From Anthoceros angustus (Eukaryota > Plantae > Anthocerotophyta): a DNA stretch of 64,000 nt. The notes beneath the pieces are model-generated. The model was not told the DNA's origin and searched no databases. It worked only from the letters and a program-made list of their open reading frames with translations. Each line of letters opens with the position of its first letter. Positions within the stretch are counted from its first letter, which is position 1. Shown piece after piece: positions 47,142-58,682 of the stretch. Location: NCBI GenBank assembly GCA_010909165.1, contig VJWM01000106.1, forward strand, positions 248,001-312,000. The letters run 5' to 3'. Made by a program: the position numbers and the translations under genes.

Positions 47142-50082
47142 GGACGAAACTGCCCAGCCCAAGCGGAAGTTCAGCACAGCGGGCCTACACTCGTGAAGTG
47201 TCTGGAATTTTTTTTGGGACTCTTGTGAGGCCCCTTTGTCAGTGACGGCGAATGCCCAGTTGTGGTACGTAGAACATGTAGTGAGGTGCTGCAACGAGGC
47301 ATGGACGGTTTTTGATGTAAAAATTGTGTCAATCATGAGTCAATCTTGCGAAGGCAAGTAGTAACTAACATCTACACCCACACCCACTGTCGAACCTCGC
47401 AGCATAGAAAAACCTTCCTGTCTGCTTCCTTTCTTCCCAGCTGGTGCAAGATAGCTATTACACTTCCATCTAGCTCGCAAGGAGGCAAGCAGACAGGCAG
47501 AGAAACAAAGCCAACCATCCGCTCTAACGAGCAGCAGCAGGAGAGACGTCATCAGAGCGATGAGCAATCCGAGGGCGCAAACCCTATCTTAGATTTGTCA
47601 GGATCATAAACCACCAAGTAATTCTGCTGCAATAGATTTCCCAAGACGTTAGAGCGGGTCCTGCACCTCCCCGAGACCCCCCGCTCCTTGGGCAGAATGT
47701 GGGAGGAGGAGGTGGTGCAGGTGAAGGTGACGAAGGCGAGGAAGGTGAGCAGCGCGCCCCTTGAACCAGAGAGCCTGGGAAGCTCCACCAGCTTTCCCTT
47801 CGTGGGCACCCGGAAGCAGAGGAGCGTGGCGTCGAAGGGCGGCGCCTGGGGTAGCGAACGGCCGCGGCGACCGCCTTGTACACCCGCCGGTAGGCGGTTG
47901 GGACCAGGTAGGTGAGCGTCACCCCGACTCGACGACCGTCCCTCCGTTCCCCGCCTTGTCGAATACCCACACCTTAGACTTGATGGGCAGAGGGCGCCGC
48001 CCACCGCGACCTTCACCGGCCGCACGTAGTAGAAGGTGGGCGAGAATTCATTCCTCAGAATGTCGGTATAGGAGAATCGCAAGCGACCAAGCTTCTTCCC
48101 GCCAGCAGCGCCTCGCTCTCCTCCCCAGCACCAGCAGCAGCCTCGCAAATCCGTCCCCTCCTCCGCCGCCGACGCTGCTCCTCCCGCCCTGCTGCCGGGC
48201 TGCCACATTGTGCAGCAACCGCGCAATGCAGCGCCACGCAGAGCAATGCGGTGCGGTGCGACGCAGAGCAATGCGGTGGGCGGGTCACAGGAGCAAGGAC
48301 GATTCCACGGCCATGGCCGCTTGTCGAGGATCGGATTACGGTGCCGAAGAGAGTGTGCTGAAGACAGTGCGCTGTGCGTGCTGGGCGATGAGGAGACGAT
48401 GATCAGGGTTGGACGGATGGGGTCGGGGTAGTCGCACCCGCACCCGCACCGCACCCCGATGTGGCACCGGACACGACAGCCCTCATCCAAAAGCGAAGGC
48501 AGAGACAGCCATGTTTCCGAGACAACACACACAGCAACAGCAAAAAGGGCGATGAGGGAGAAAGAGAGGTGGGAGCCAGCCAGCCAGCAGGCAGCAGGCA
48601 GCAGGCAGCAGGCAGCAGGCCCTGCCCCAGGCCCCAGCGCATGTGCGTGCGCAAACGGACAGACCCTGCTCCCGCAGGCACCAAGGAAGCGGGGACGATT
48701 CCGGGAAGGAGCCCGGCAGACAGCTCGCCTCTTCCTACTCCAGCAAAGAAAGGACTGGAGCAAGCAAAGCAAATCATGTGCCAGTTCCAGATTCAAGATC
48801 TGTGGAACCCCGTTCCAGTCCACTCCACTGATGTTGGTTCTCTGTGCATGCACAGATGCATCGCGGAAAAGGGCGAAGATTCTGGTGACTGCAAGAAGTA
48901 TGCCAAGTACTACCGGTCCTTGTGCCCCAACGAATGGGTACGTCCATGTTTTATTGTCACTGGAAGTGCAGCCAGCCAGCCAGCCAGCCAGCCGGTTAAG
49001 CTTCTTTTAACTAACGAGCAAACAAACGATGCACGTCCATGCAGGTCCAGAAGTGGAACGAGCAGAGAGAAAACAGGACTTTTGCAGGAAGGTATTAGGC
49101 TGTCCCTCAAGCCGGGGACGGTCAGCTGTCGAAGGAACCCCTCCTGGACGAAACTGCCCAGCCCAAGCGGAAGTTCAGCACAGCGGGCCTACACTCGTGA
49201 AGTGTCTGGAATTTTTTTTGGGACTCTTGTGAGGCCCCTTTGTCAGTGACGGCGAATGCCCAGTTGTGGTACGTAGAACATGTAGTGAGGTGCTGCAACG
49301 AGGCATGGACGGTTTTTGATGTAAAAATTGTGTCAATCATGAGTCAATCTTGCGAAGGCAAGTAGTAACTAACATCTACACCCACACCCACTGTCGAACC
49401 TCGCAGCATAGAAAAACCTTCCTGTCTGCTTCCTTTCTTCCCAGCTGGTGCAAGATAGCTATTACACTTCCATCTAGCTCGCAAGGAGGCAAGCAGACAG
49501 GCAGAGAAACAAAGCCAACCATCCGCTCTAACGAGCAGCAGCAGGAGAGACGTCATCAGAGCGATGAGCAATCCGAGGGCGCAAACCCTATCTTAGATTT
49601 GTCAGGATCATAAACCACCAAGTAATTCTGCTGCAATAGATTTCCCAAGACGTTAGAGCGGGTCCTGCACCTCCCCGATGGCCAGACACCGCACCCCGAC
49701 CTCCACTTCCACGAAAATGTTCTCCACAGGCGGCTCCAGCAGCGCGCCCCTTGAACCAGAGCGAGAGCCTGGGAAGCTCCACCAGCAGCTTCGTGGCACC
49801 CGGAAGCAGAGAGTGAGCGTGGCGTCGAAGGGCGGCGCCTGGGGTAGCGAACGGCCGCGGCGACCGCCTTGTACACCCGCCGGTAGGCGGCGCCAGGACC
49901 AGGTAGGTGAGCGTCACCCCGACTCGACGACCGTCCCTCCGTTCCCCGCCTTGTCGAATACCCACACCTTAGACTTGATGGGCAGAGGGGCGCCGCCCAC
50001 CGCGACCTTCACCGGCCGCAGCGCAAGCTCGGCGATCTCGCGAATTCCGACTCGCAACGGCCTGGGTCTCTCTCTCTCTCTC
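47142..50082. repeat. Scrambled mosaic of COX6b 3' exons, the shared 3' region and aspartic-protease fragments
   Basis: Every segment matches either 44761-46200 or 52500-53385. Switch points are at 47142, 47663, 47748, 48130, 48747, 50012 and ~50064. Confidence 0.88.
48856..49098 (+). pseudogene. COX6B: Partial COX6b copy (exons 3-4 only)
   Basis: CIAEKGEDSGDCKKYAKYYRSLCPNEW and VQKWNEQRE.. exons. Entered through intron 2 at the junction at 48747. Confidence 0.8.
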
Positions 50083-50200
50083 GCTTGAGGCAGAAAGGAC
50101 TGGAGCAAGCAAAGCAAATCATGTGCCAGTTCCAGATTCAAGATCTGTGGAACCCCGTTCCAGTCCACTCCACTGATGTTGGTTCTCTGTGCATGCACAG

Positions 50201-50441
50201 ATGCATCGCGGAAAAGGGCGAAGATTCTGGTGACTGCAAAGTATGCCAAGTACTACCGGTCCTTGTGCCCCAACGAATGGGTACGTCCATGTTTTATTGT
50301 CACTGGAAGTGCAGCCAGCCAGCCAGCCAGCCAGCCGGTTAAGCTTCTTTTAACTAACGAGCAAACAAACGATGCACGTCCATGCAGGTCCAGAAGTGGA
50401 ACGAGCAGAGAGAAAACGGGACTTTTGCAGGAAGGTATTAG
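50201..50441 (+). pseudogene. COX6B: Partial COX6b copy (exons 3-4 only, 2-nt deletion in exon 3)
   Basis: Same exons as above. This copy reads gactgcaaagtatg against gactgcaagaagtatg in the complete copy. Confidence 0.8.
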
Positions 50442-50944
50442 GCTGTCCCTCAAGCCGGGGACGGTCAGCTGTCGAAGGAACCCCTCCTGGACGAAACTGC
50501 CCAGCCCAAGCGGAAGTTCAGCACAGCGGGGCCTACACTCGTGAAGTGTCTGGAATTTTTTTTTTTTTGGGACTCTTGTGAGGCCCCCTTTGTCAGTGAC
50601 GGGCGAATGCCCAGTTGTGGTACGTAGAACATGTAGTGAGGTGCTGCAACGAGGCATGGACGGTTTTGTGATGTAAAAATTGTGTCAATCATGAGTCAAT
50701 CTTGCGAAGGCAAGTAGTAACTAACATCTACACCCACACCCACTGTCGAACCTCGCAGCATAGAAAAACCTTCCTTCCCTGTCTGCTTCCTTTCTTCCCA
50801 GCTGGTGCAAGATAGCTATTACACTTCCATCTAGCTCGCAAGGAGGCAAGCAGACAGGCAGAGAAACAAAGCCAACCATCCGCTCTAACGAGCAGCAGCA
50901 GGAGAGACGTCATCAGAGCGATGAGCAATCCGAGGGCGCAAACC

Positions 50945-52718
50945 CTATCTTAGATTTGTCAGGATCATAAACCACCAAGTAATTCTGCTGCAATAGATTT
51001 CCCAAGACGTTAGGCCGAGCGGGTCCTGCACCTCCCCGATGGCCAGACACCGCACCCCGACCTCCACTTCCACGAAAATGTTCTCCACAGGCGGCTCCAG
51101 CAGCGCGCCCCTTGAACCAGAGAGCCTGGGAAGCTCCACCAGCTTTCCCTTCGTGGGCACCCGGAAGCAGAGGAGCGTGGCGTCGAAGGGCGGCGCCTGG
51201 GGTAGCGAACGGCCGCGGCGACCGCCTTGTACACCCGCCGGTAGGCGGTTGGGACCAGGTAGGTGAGCGTCACCCCGACTCGACGACCGTCCCTCCGTTC
51301 CCCGCCTTGTCGAATACCCACACCTTAGACTTGATGGGCAGAGGGCGCCGCCCACCGCGACCTTCACCGGCCGCACGTAGTAGAAGGTGGGCGAGAATTC
51401 ATTCCTCAGAATGTCGGTATAGGAGAATCGCAAGCGACCAAGCTTCTTCCCCGCCAGCAGCGCCTCGCTCTCCTCCCCCAGCACCAGCAGCGACGACGTG
51501 CTTGTGGGCTCCGAGAATGCCAGCAGACAGTAGGCGAATTTGGCCCCGAACTGCCCCCGGATCTGCTGCGGCAGGGAAACCGGGCCTTGTCCCAGCCCCA
51601 ACACCCCGTCCGCCTGCCCGAAGGCCGCCCCGGCATTCACCCCGTTCCCGCACCCGAAGACCACGTTCTGGAGCTTCACCTCCGGCCCCCGCACCGCCTT
51701 GAAGGTCACCGTCTCCCGCCCCAGGATCCCGGTGGTGAAGCTCGCCCCGCCCCCGTACTGGTAGCGGTAAAAGCAGGGCCCCGGAGCCGCGTCCAGGCAG
51801 GCCGGGAAGGTGTCCGGGGCCGGGACCTGGAAGCATTGCTGCGAGTTGCATGGCTCGGGCTTGAAGGAGGAGGAGTTCGATGGGCGGTAGAGAGGACTCC
51901 TCTGCTGGTAGCATTGCACGCAGGGGGCGCATTGGGTCCATACCAGATCGCCTCCCGTGTCTACAATCAGGCTCACCCGCTGCGGGGGCGTGCCCAGCCG
52001 GAAATCCACCAGGTAGTTCCCTGTCCCGAATGCCGCGCCGGAGATGAGCTGGGACTTGAGGTTGGTGCTCCCACTCACCTTCTTCCCGCCGACCTCCCCA
52101 AATCCCTCCCCAATTCATGCCGTTGCCCCACCCTGTGAGCATTGCCAAATCCGGGGCCAGAGTCTCGAGATCTCGTCCGCCCGGGTGGCGAAATCTTCCG
52201 GATCGGGGAGCCTGGGAGTCCCTGTGCACCAGCTCCAGCCGCACCCCCTTCCCAGAAGATGCCTTTGCCGCTTCTGGGTTGTCCACGTCCAGGAGGCTGC
52301 GCTTGGTGGGCAGCATGCGGATGCCTTCCCCGCTCTCCAATTCATGCCATAAGCCTCTGAGGCTGGCCAGAACGCGCCCTCCTTCTGCGCCTGCATCATC
52401 GGTAACCGGGCGTTGCTGCCGCATCAAAGGGGACGAAACAGTCCCGGTTCCAGGCTCCCGCCCATGATGCTGCTGCTGCTGGTGCCGCATCCACAGCTGC
52501 CACGGATCATGCTGCCGCTCCCGCACCTCCCCCGAGACCCCCCCGCTCCCCTTGGGCAGAATGTGGGAGGAGGAGGTGGTGCAGGTGAAGGTGACGAAGG
52601 CGAGGAAGGTGAGCAGCGCGGCCCATCTGAGCAAAACCAGCAGCAGCCTCGCAAATCCGTCCCCCCCTCCTCCGCCGCCGACGCTGCTCCTCCCCGCCCT
52701 GCTGCCGGGCTGCCACAT
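50945..52718 (-). CDS. Pepsin-like (A1, nepenthesin/CDR1-type) aspartic-protease-like protein, intronless, N-terminal membrane anchor; full-length copy with apparent indel errors
   Basis: MWQPGSR..RLLLVLLRWAALLTFLAFVTFTC..VRLELVHRDS..GNYLVDFRLGTPPQ..DTG..FGCG..GVLGLGQGPVSLPQQI..FAYCL..FYYV..GTVVESGVTLTYL..VLGNLLQQNYLVVYD..IGFAPSDC. The reading frame shifts several times at homopolymers. Confidence 0.85.
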
Positions 52719-55140
52719 TGTGCAGCAACCGCGCAATGCAGCGCCACGCAGAGCAATGCGGTGCGGTGCGACGCAGAGCAATGCGGTGGGCGGGTCACAG
52801 GAGCAAGGACGATTCCACGGCCATGGCCGCTTGTCGAGGGATCGGATTACGGTGCCGAAGAGAGTGTGCTGAAGACAGTGCGCTGTGCGTGCTGGGCGAT
52901 GAGGAGACGATGATCAGGGTTGGACGGATGGGGTCGGGGAGTAGTCGCACCCGCACCCGCACCCGCACCCGATGTGGCACCCGGACACGACAGCCCTCAT
53001 CCAAAAGCGAAAGGCAGAGACAGCCAAGCCATGTTTCCGAGACAACACACACAGCAACAGCAAAAGGGAAGGGCGATGAGGGAGAAAAAGAGAGGTGGGA
53101 GCCAGCCAGCCAGCAGGCAGCAGGCAGTAGGCAGCAGGCAGCAGGCCCTGCCCCAGGCCCCAGCGCATGTGCGTGCGCAAACGGACAGACCCCCTGCTCC
53201 CGCAGGCACCAAGGAAGCGGGGACGATTCCGGGAAGGAGCCCGGCAGACAGCTCGCCTCTTCCTACTCCAGCAAAGAAAGGACACTCCTACTGGACAACA
53301 CCAAAGCCCCGCATGCCCTGCCCCGGCCGCAGCGCAAGCTCGGCGATCTCGCGAATTCCGACTCGCAACGGCCTGGGTCTCTCTGATGATGCGCATACAT
53401 GGCAGGAAGTTGCGGGGAAGGAGGGGCCCGGGGCGAGGTGCAGTCACCATCGCAGGCGTCGTGTCCCCCTGTGTCCAGCGCCACGCCACAGCATTCCACG
53501 CCCCACGGACGGCCCCACGACTCGCTTTTAGGGTAGTGCTTCTGTGACAGTGGCGCGTACCGGGAGGCCGGGCCGGGGGCGCCATTGAATGGAATGTAAA
53601 AGCGGGGCGTGTAGGGTAGATGGCTCCGGTCCGGGGGGCCCTGGTGATGCAGGTAGTCCTGGCCTGCGCCCACCTACGCTACGCTCCGCTTCATTCCTTC
53701 ATTCAAGGGCATTGAAGGCGGGTCTTCCAGCTTCCGGCGTGTGAATAGCCGCATGCACGATGCGCACACCTCCAGCCTGTCACGGCACCGTCGCTTGACG
53801 CACAACTGTAAAACCGAACTCTCCCCTCTCCCCGCCCTTCCGCCTTCTTCCGTCTTCCGCTTTGCCACACCCGGCCTGGCCACCATCGGCAGCAGCTCCA
53901 GGGTAGCTGCTGCCGCTGCCCTGCCGCTGCCGGGTCAAAGTGGGCCAGTCTTTCGTGCGTGGCCAGGCCAGCCAAACCCACCGGCCTGACATCGGCCGTT
54001 GCTCCCGCCCCTTTTCCCATGTGATGGCCTCCGGGCCGCTTTCCCATGCCCTGCCGTTTCACACCTCGGCCGCCGGAACCCACTCCGCCCTGCGCTTTAT
54101 TGCCCTCTCGTTTCCATCTCGCACGCTCCAAACGGATCCCAACCTGCTCTCACGCCTCATCACGCTCTCTCACGCTCTCATTTGTTAGGTACGCATTCGG
54201 AGGGACTTAGGGATTGGAGATGTTACTCTTACAAGTCATTCCTACAAAGCTGGTCAAGCACTCCTGCACAAGGTGCGTTCAATGTACATAGCTGGCGCTG
54301 GTTGTTGTTTCTATGCTTTTTGAGGGATTACTTCACCTAGACTTTGGGGTGATTACTTTCGTGTGTTGGAGATTGAAACTAGTAGCATTCCTTGTTGCAC
54401 TTCGCTTTACCTCCATAGCTGGTAAATGGAAGGGGTGGAGGACTCTTTGTATTCAGGATATGAAGGATATTTCTTGTGGTGATATGACTCTTTTCTAAGA
54501 TTATTAGGTGTTAGGATACTTCTTGTGAATAACCCATTGTATAGCTCTTTTATGGTATTGGTGTAATCACATTGTATGACTCTTTTCTAAGATTGCTGCC
54601 TGATATATTAGCATGCAGTAAATGAGCTCACAGATTGCATACATAGGAAGCATCAAGTTAGAAGAGAGAATATCGTTTTTGTGTATGATTAGTGGAGTAT
54701 AGGAAGCATCAAGTTAGAAGAGAAAATATCGTTTTTGTGTATGATTAGTGGAGTACTGTGCGGTAGCATCCTATCGCTATGTTCAAAGTATATGAGGATA
54801 TACTCTTCGTCATTTTTTTAAAATGCTCCTCTTTTTTTGATGAATGGTTCTGTTTTTTGGTCCTATCAATATTTCTCTTTTTTCTTCTTTTTTTAATGTA
54901 AATAAGGTTCTAGTAAAAATAAATAGAAAACCAGCTTCCATAAATACCAATTATTAAATTGAAGATGAAGTTTCATAAAACATAAAAATTAGATGAGGAT
55001 GATGTTGTTGTTTCAACAATTGTTTTTCTCATAAAGAATAAAAAAGTATTATATTCAAGACAATCAACCTCTCTTCATGATACATAGGTTAGTTCCAAAA
55101 CGGACTAATCAAATCCCAATATAAGTGGTTGCATTTACAT

Positions 55141-55330
55141 TGATGTTAATGATGGCACAACACACATGAATTTGGAGCTTATTGATGGTCTGTAATATGT
55201 TGCTCCCCTTTCGTTGTTGCAGCTAGTGAACATGATATGATTCCAATATTTCATGAATGTGGATCACCAATGTCCTCTCTTGAGTTTTTGTCAGAATAGG
55301 TGAAGAACACTCTAAATTCACTAATTTCGG
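55141..55330 (+). pseudogene. Degenerate 5' copy of the DUF26/Gnk2-like gene at 56923
   Basis: Collinear with 56921-57100 (gagcttattgatggtc, ttgttgcagcta, ccaatatttcat..tgtggatc). TGG has become TAG in tcagaataggtgaag. Upstream 54870-55140 also resembles 56690-56920. Confidence 0.7.
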
Positions 55331-55744
55331 GCACAGTGGATCGATCTACTTTTTCATTTTACGGCCATGTTACAAGGTTAAGTTTGTCGAATTTGCCAAA
55401 CCCTCTTGTTTGATATCGGCCATGTAAGGGCCTCTCTGCTGCTTTCCATATGTCCTACCTTTTCACACCTCGGCTAGCACACCAACTTCGCTTTAATAAT
55501 GGTGCAACACGTCGCCTTGTTTCTATCTCGCACACTCCAAATGAATCCATGGATGGTCTCATGCCTCACGGTATCTCATGCTTTTCTTTCTGCAACAAAA
55601 AATCATAATACATATTCAGAGTGACTTAGAGATTAGAGTTATTGATCTTAATAAGCCATTCATAGAAAGTTGGTTAGCATTCCCATAAGAGGGTGTCATG
55701 TAGATAATTAGTTCAATCTAGTTATAATTGGTGTGGTGGTAGTG

Positions 55745-56107
55745 ATCTAGTAATCTACAACAAGGGAGCCACGTCATCGCATGCTGTTGTAAATGGCTTC
55801 CAATCATATTTTTGTGATTAGTGATATTAATAAAGATTTTTAGAAAAAATAAAGTTCAAATTTTGAAAAAAAGGCTTTTACAACGTAATCTACAACGTGG
55901 GAGCCATGTCATCAATCCGTTGTTGTAAATGAGCACCAAAAGAGTGCCACATCATCCAACTAGAAACCCCCGTTGTAAACTAACTCTTAAAACTTGCCAC
56001 ATCAGCGAAACTTAAACCAATTTACAACGGAGGTTTTTAGACGTTGTAAAGATTGGGACATTTGCAAAAGGGGTTTTGTAAAACACCATTCTCCCTAGTA
56101 CCTAGTG
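55745..56107. mobile_element. Possible CACTA-like non-autonomous element end with TTACAACG/CGTTGTAA subterminal repeats
   Basis: Several inverted ttacaac/gttgtaa units end in cattctccctagtacctagtg, resembling a ..CTAGTAGTG CACTA end. It interrupts an older duplicated segment. No left TIR or TSD was identified. Confidence 0.4.
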
Positions 56108-56922
56108 TGATTTCCAAGTTATGATTTTATGTCGATGAAAATAACTAAATAAGAGATGAACAAGTCCAAAAGATTCTTAGGGATTACTTCCATGTGGACT
56201 TCGAGGTTGGAAATTGTAGCTAGTATTAGTGCTTGTATTCCTTGCCACACATCACTTGACCTAGAAGCTAGTAAATAAAAGGGATGAAAAACCCTCGGTA
56301 AATGTGGTGTTAAGGATAATGCGGTAAATGTGGTGACTACTCGTTAAGGATACCTCGGTAAATGTGGTGTTAAGGATACTTTGGCAATCAAACTAAGCAA
56401 GTCTCTTTTCTAGGATTGTTGCCCAATATGTAGTCACCTTGCATTACAATGAGCCCATAGATTCGGTCATCGGAAGCATCGAGTCAAAAGAAAGAATATT
56501 GAACTTGTGTACGGTCAATAGAGTACTGTATAGAATATGAACATAACCTACCTCTATGTGCAAAATATATGAGTACATAAATGAATAATCTGGACAAATT
56601 TTGAAAAATTGTTACTTCTAATATTGGTGTTGGCACATATTACGAGGATAGTATATTCTGACACCCTGAATAATTAAATTTATACTCTCTTTCCTTTTTT
56701 TTGATTTCTTCCTTCTATTATCTACAATTATTAAATTTAACATGAGGTTTCATAAATAAAAGAAATAGATAAAGTTGAGGTTGTTTTTTCACCGAATGTT
56801 TTTGTTATAGAGAATATGGAAATATTAATGTTCAAGAAAATCGACTTCTATCCATGATATATAGGTTAGTCACTTGACTTTTGAAATCAACTCAAATTGT
56901 TTAAGGGGCTGTATTTTGATTG

Positions 56923-57438
56923 ATGTTAACTATGGTGCAACATATTCGAATTTTGAGCTTATTGATGGTCTTAATTATGTTGTTACAATTTGTTGCAGCT
57001 ATTGAGCCTGATACTTCTCCAATATTTCATACATGTGGATCGCCAATTTCCATTCTTGATCCTTTATCAGAATGGGTGAAGAAGGCTCTAAATGTAACCA
57101 TTGAAAGTGCAGTGAATGGATACACTTTTCCATTTTTCAAGCATATTATAGGACGATCTCGAGTTCACACTGCTTTTGATTATAATTTTTGGGCCGTTGT
57201 GACTTGTTATACGGGAGTTGAATTAAATGATTACAATAAAGAACGATGTTCCAAATGTCTTCAAGTTGTTGTATATCGTATCACACATGAATTGTGTGAT
57301 GTTAATAATACAGGAGAACAAGTGCGAAGTGCAGCTTGTCTTGTCGCAGATTGTTACCTTAAGTATACACTAGATGAGCCGGATTTTTGTCCAAATCCAG
57401 GTGTTCAACCTTTGAGTCTTAGTGATGAATTTTCTTAG
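56923..57438 (+). CDS. Secreted cysteine-rich single-domain DUF26/Gnk2-like protein (stress-antifungal family), intronless
   Basis: Signal peptide RILSLLMVLIMLLQFVAA, then IFHTC, WAVVTC-x13-CSKC, ELC and DCYLKY..FC. The Cys pattern follows DUF26 with a longer first spacer. Confidence 0.6.
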   Translation: MLTMVQHIRILSLLMVLIMLLQFVAAIEPDTSPIFHTCGSPISILDPLSEWVKKALNVTIESAVNGYTFPFFKHIIGRSRVHTAFDYNFWAVVTCYTGVELNDYNKERCSKCLQVVVYRITHELCDVNNTGEQVRSAACLVADCYLKYTLDEPDFCPNPGVQPLSLSDEFS

Positions 57439-57699
57439 ACCTAACAATCTTTAATCAAACCAAATTATGTTGAGGAACTAGATCCTCTCATTGCTAATTG
57501 TACAAAATTTATTTGATTATCTAGTGATTAATTCTTTTATAAAATAATGTATATTTTATGAAGTTGAAATGATATTTAAAAAATAAATTTGATCATTTTA
57601 ACCATAAAATGAAACGGCTTAAGAAAAGAATATATTTTAGTCCACTAAGGACGTCAGTTCCGTCACGGGACCTAGGACACGACAATTTTGTACCATGTG

Positions 57700-58682
57700 T
57701 GCCTAAGCTCCTTGCACCAAGGGCATCCACTCCCTCGAGGCAACGCATCTAAGCGCAGCCAAGCCTTCAAACGTGACACAAAGTCGACGTGATCTGCTGG
57801 AGACATGCCTTCCTGCTGCATCTTTGCATTAAGAGAGAGGGCTTCCTGGCTGCGCCCATATATGCTGCGCATATCCTGTAGTCATGGCCATCCAGGTTGA
57901 CCACCATATGCCTTGTTACAGGTAACAAGTCGAATACTCTGCAGGCATTCTCTATGCCAGGATCCCACATTTTGGATACATGTACACTAAGCTGGTGCGG
58001 ATTCCAATCCCATTTCCTGTATCTGCTGCTCACCCTCTGATCACATAATTCTTGAGAATACTGGCACATGCTTTCAGAGGCACATAAAAGTGACACGGTC
58101 TCCTGTAATGCTTTCCTGCTGCATATTCGGACACAGTGCTAGGGCTCCTTTACCAAGCCCATGCTGCACATATGTATTCTGCGCAGATCATGGCATTCCA
58201 TGCCACAAAGTTCTTTGCAGGCAACCGGCCAAACAATCTGCGGCATCCTTAAGGCTGCCAGATTTGGCATACAATGTCCACCAGTGAGCTGAGCTGCTTA
58301 CGGTCAAATCAGTTTCCAATACTCGTCCCCAAATTTGGAAACATGCAGGTCCTTGCCCTCACGCAGAGCCCCAGTCCTGGCACAAGCCTTCAGCAAGGAC
58401 AGAAACGTGACACTGTTAGCTTCAGTATTAAATCCCCTCCTGATCCATACAAGCGTGAAGAGAAAGGGCTTCTTGACCCAGGCCATGCTTAGCATACCCA
58501 ACCATCATTGTAGTCCAAGACACCATATCTTTTGTCAAAAATCCTGTGAGCATCCTCCAAACTCGCACATTTCGCATACATGTCCATGAAACAATTGTCG
58601 ACCAAGATGTTCGGCTGAACTGCACTTTCCACAACATCAGCAAGGACCAGCTTGCCCGCTGCCAAGTCTGCCACAGCAGCAC
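57700..58682 (-). pseudogene. PLS-class PPR gene fragments, frameshifted or degenerate
   Basis: NCFMDMYAKCASLEDAHRIFDK; DMVSWTTMMVGYAKHGLGQEALSLHACMDQEGI; NSVTFLSLLKACARTGALREGKDLH; QEALSLNAKMQQEGMSP - found in different frames. Confidence 0.75.

Noticed and set aside
47552-48853. 433-aa minus-strand ORF as a separate protease gene
   Set aside because: Mosaic of protease fragments, promoter and COX6b intron joined at the 9-bp junctions.
48461-49249. 262-aa ORF containing CIAEKGEDSGDC as a novel COX6b fusion
   Set aside because: It crosses the 48747 junction and reads through COX6b introns, so it is a by-product of the scrambled copy.
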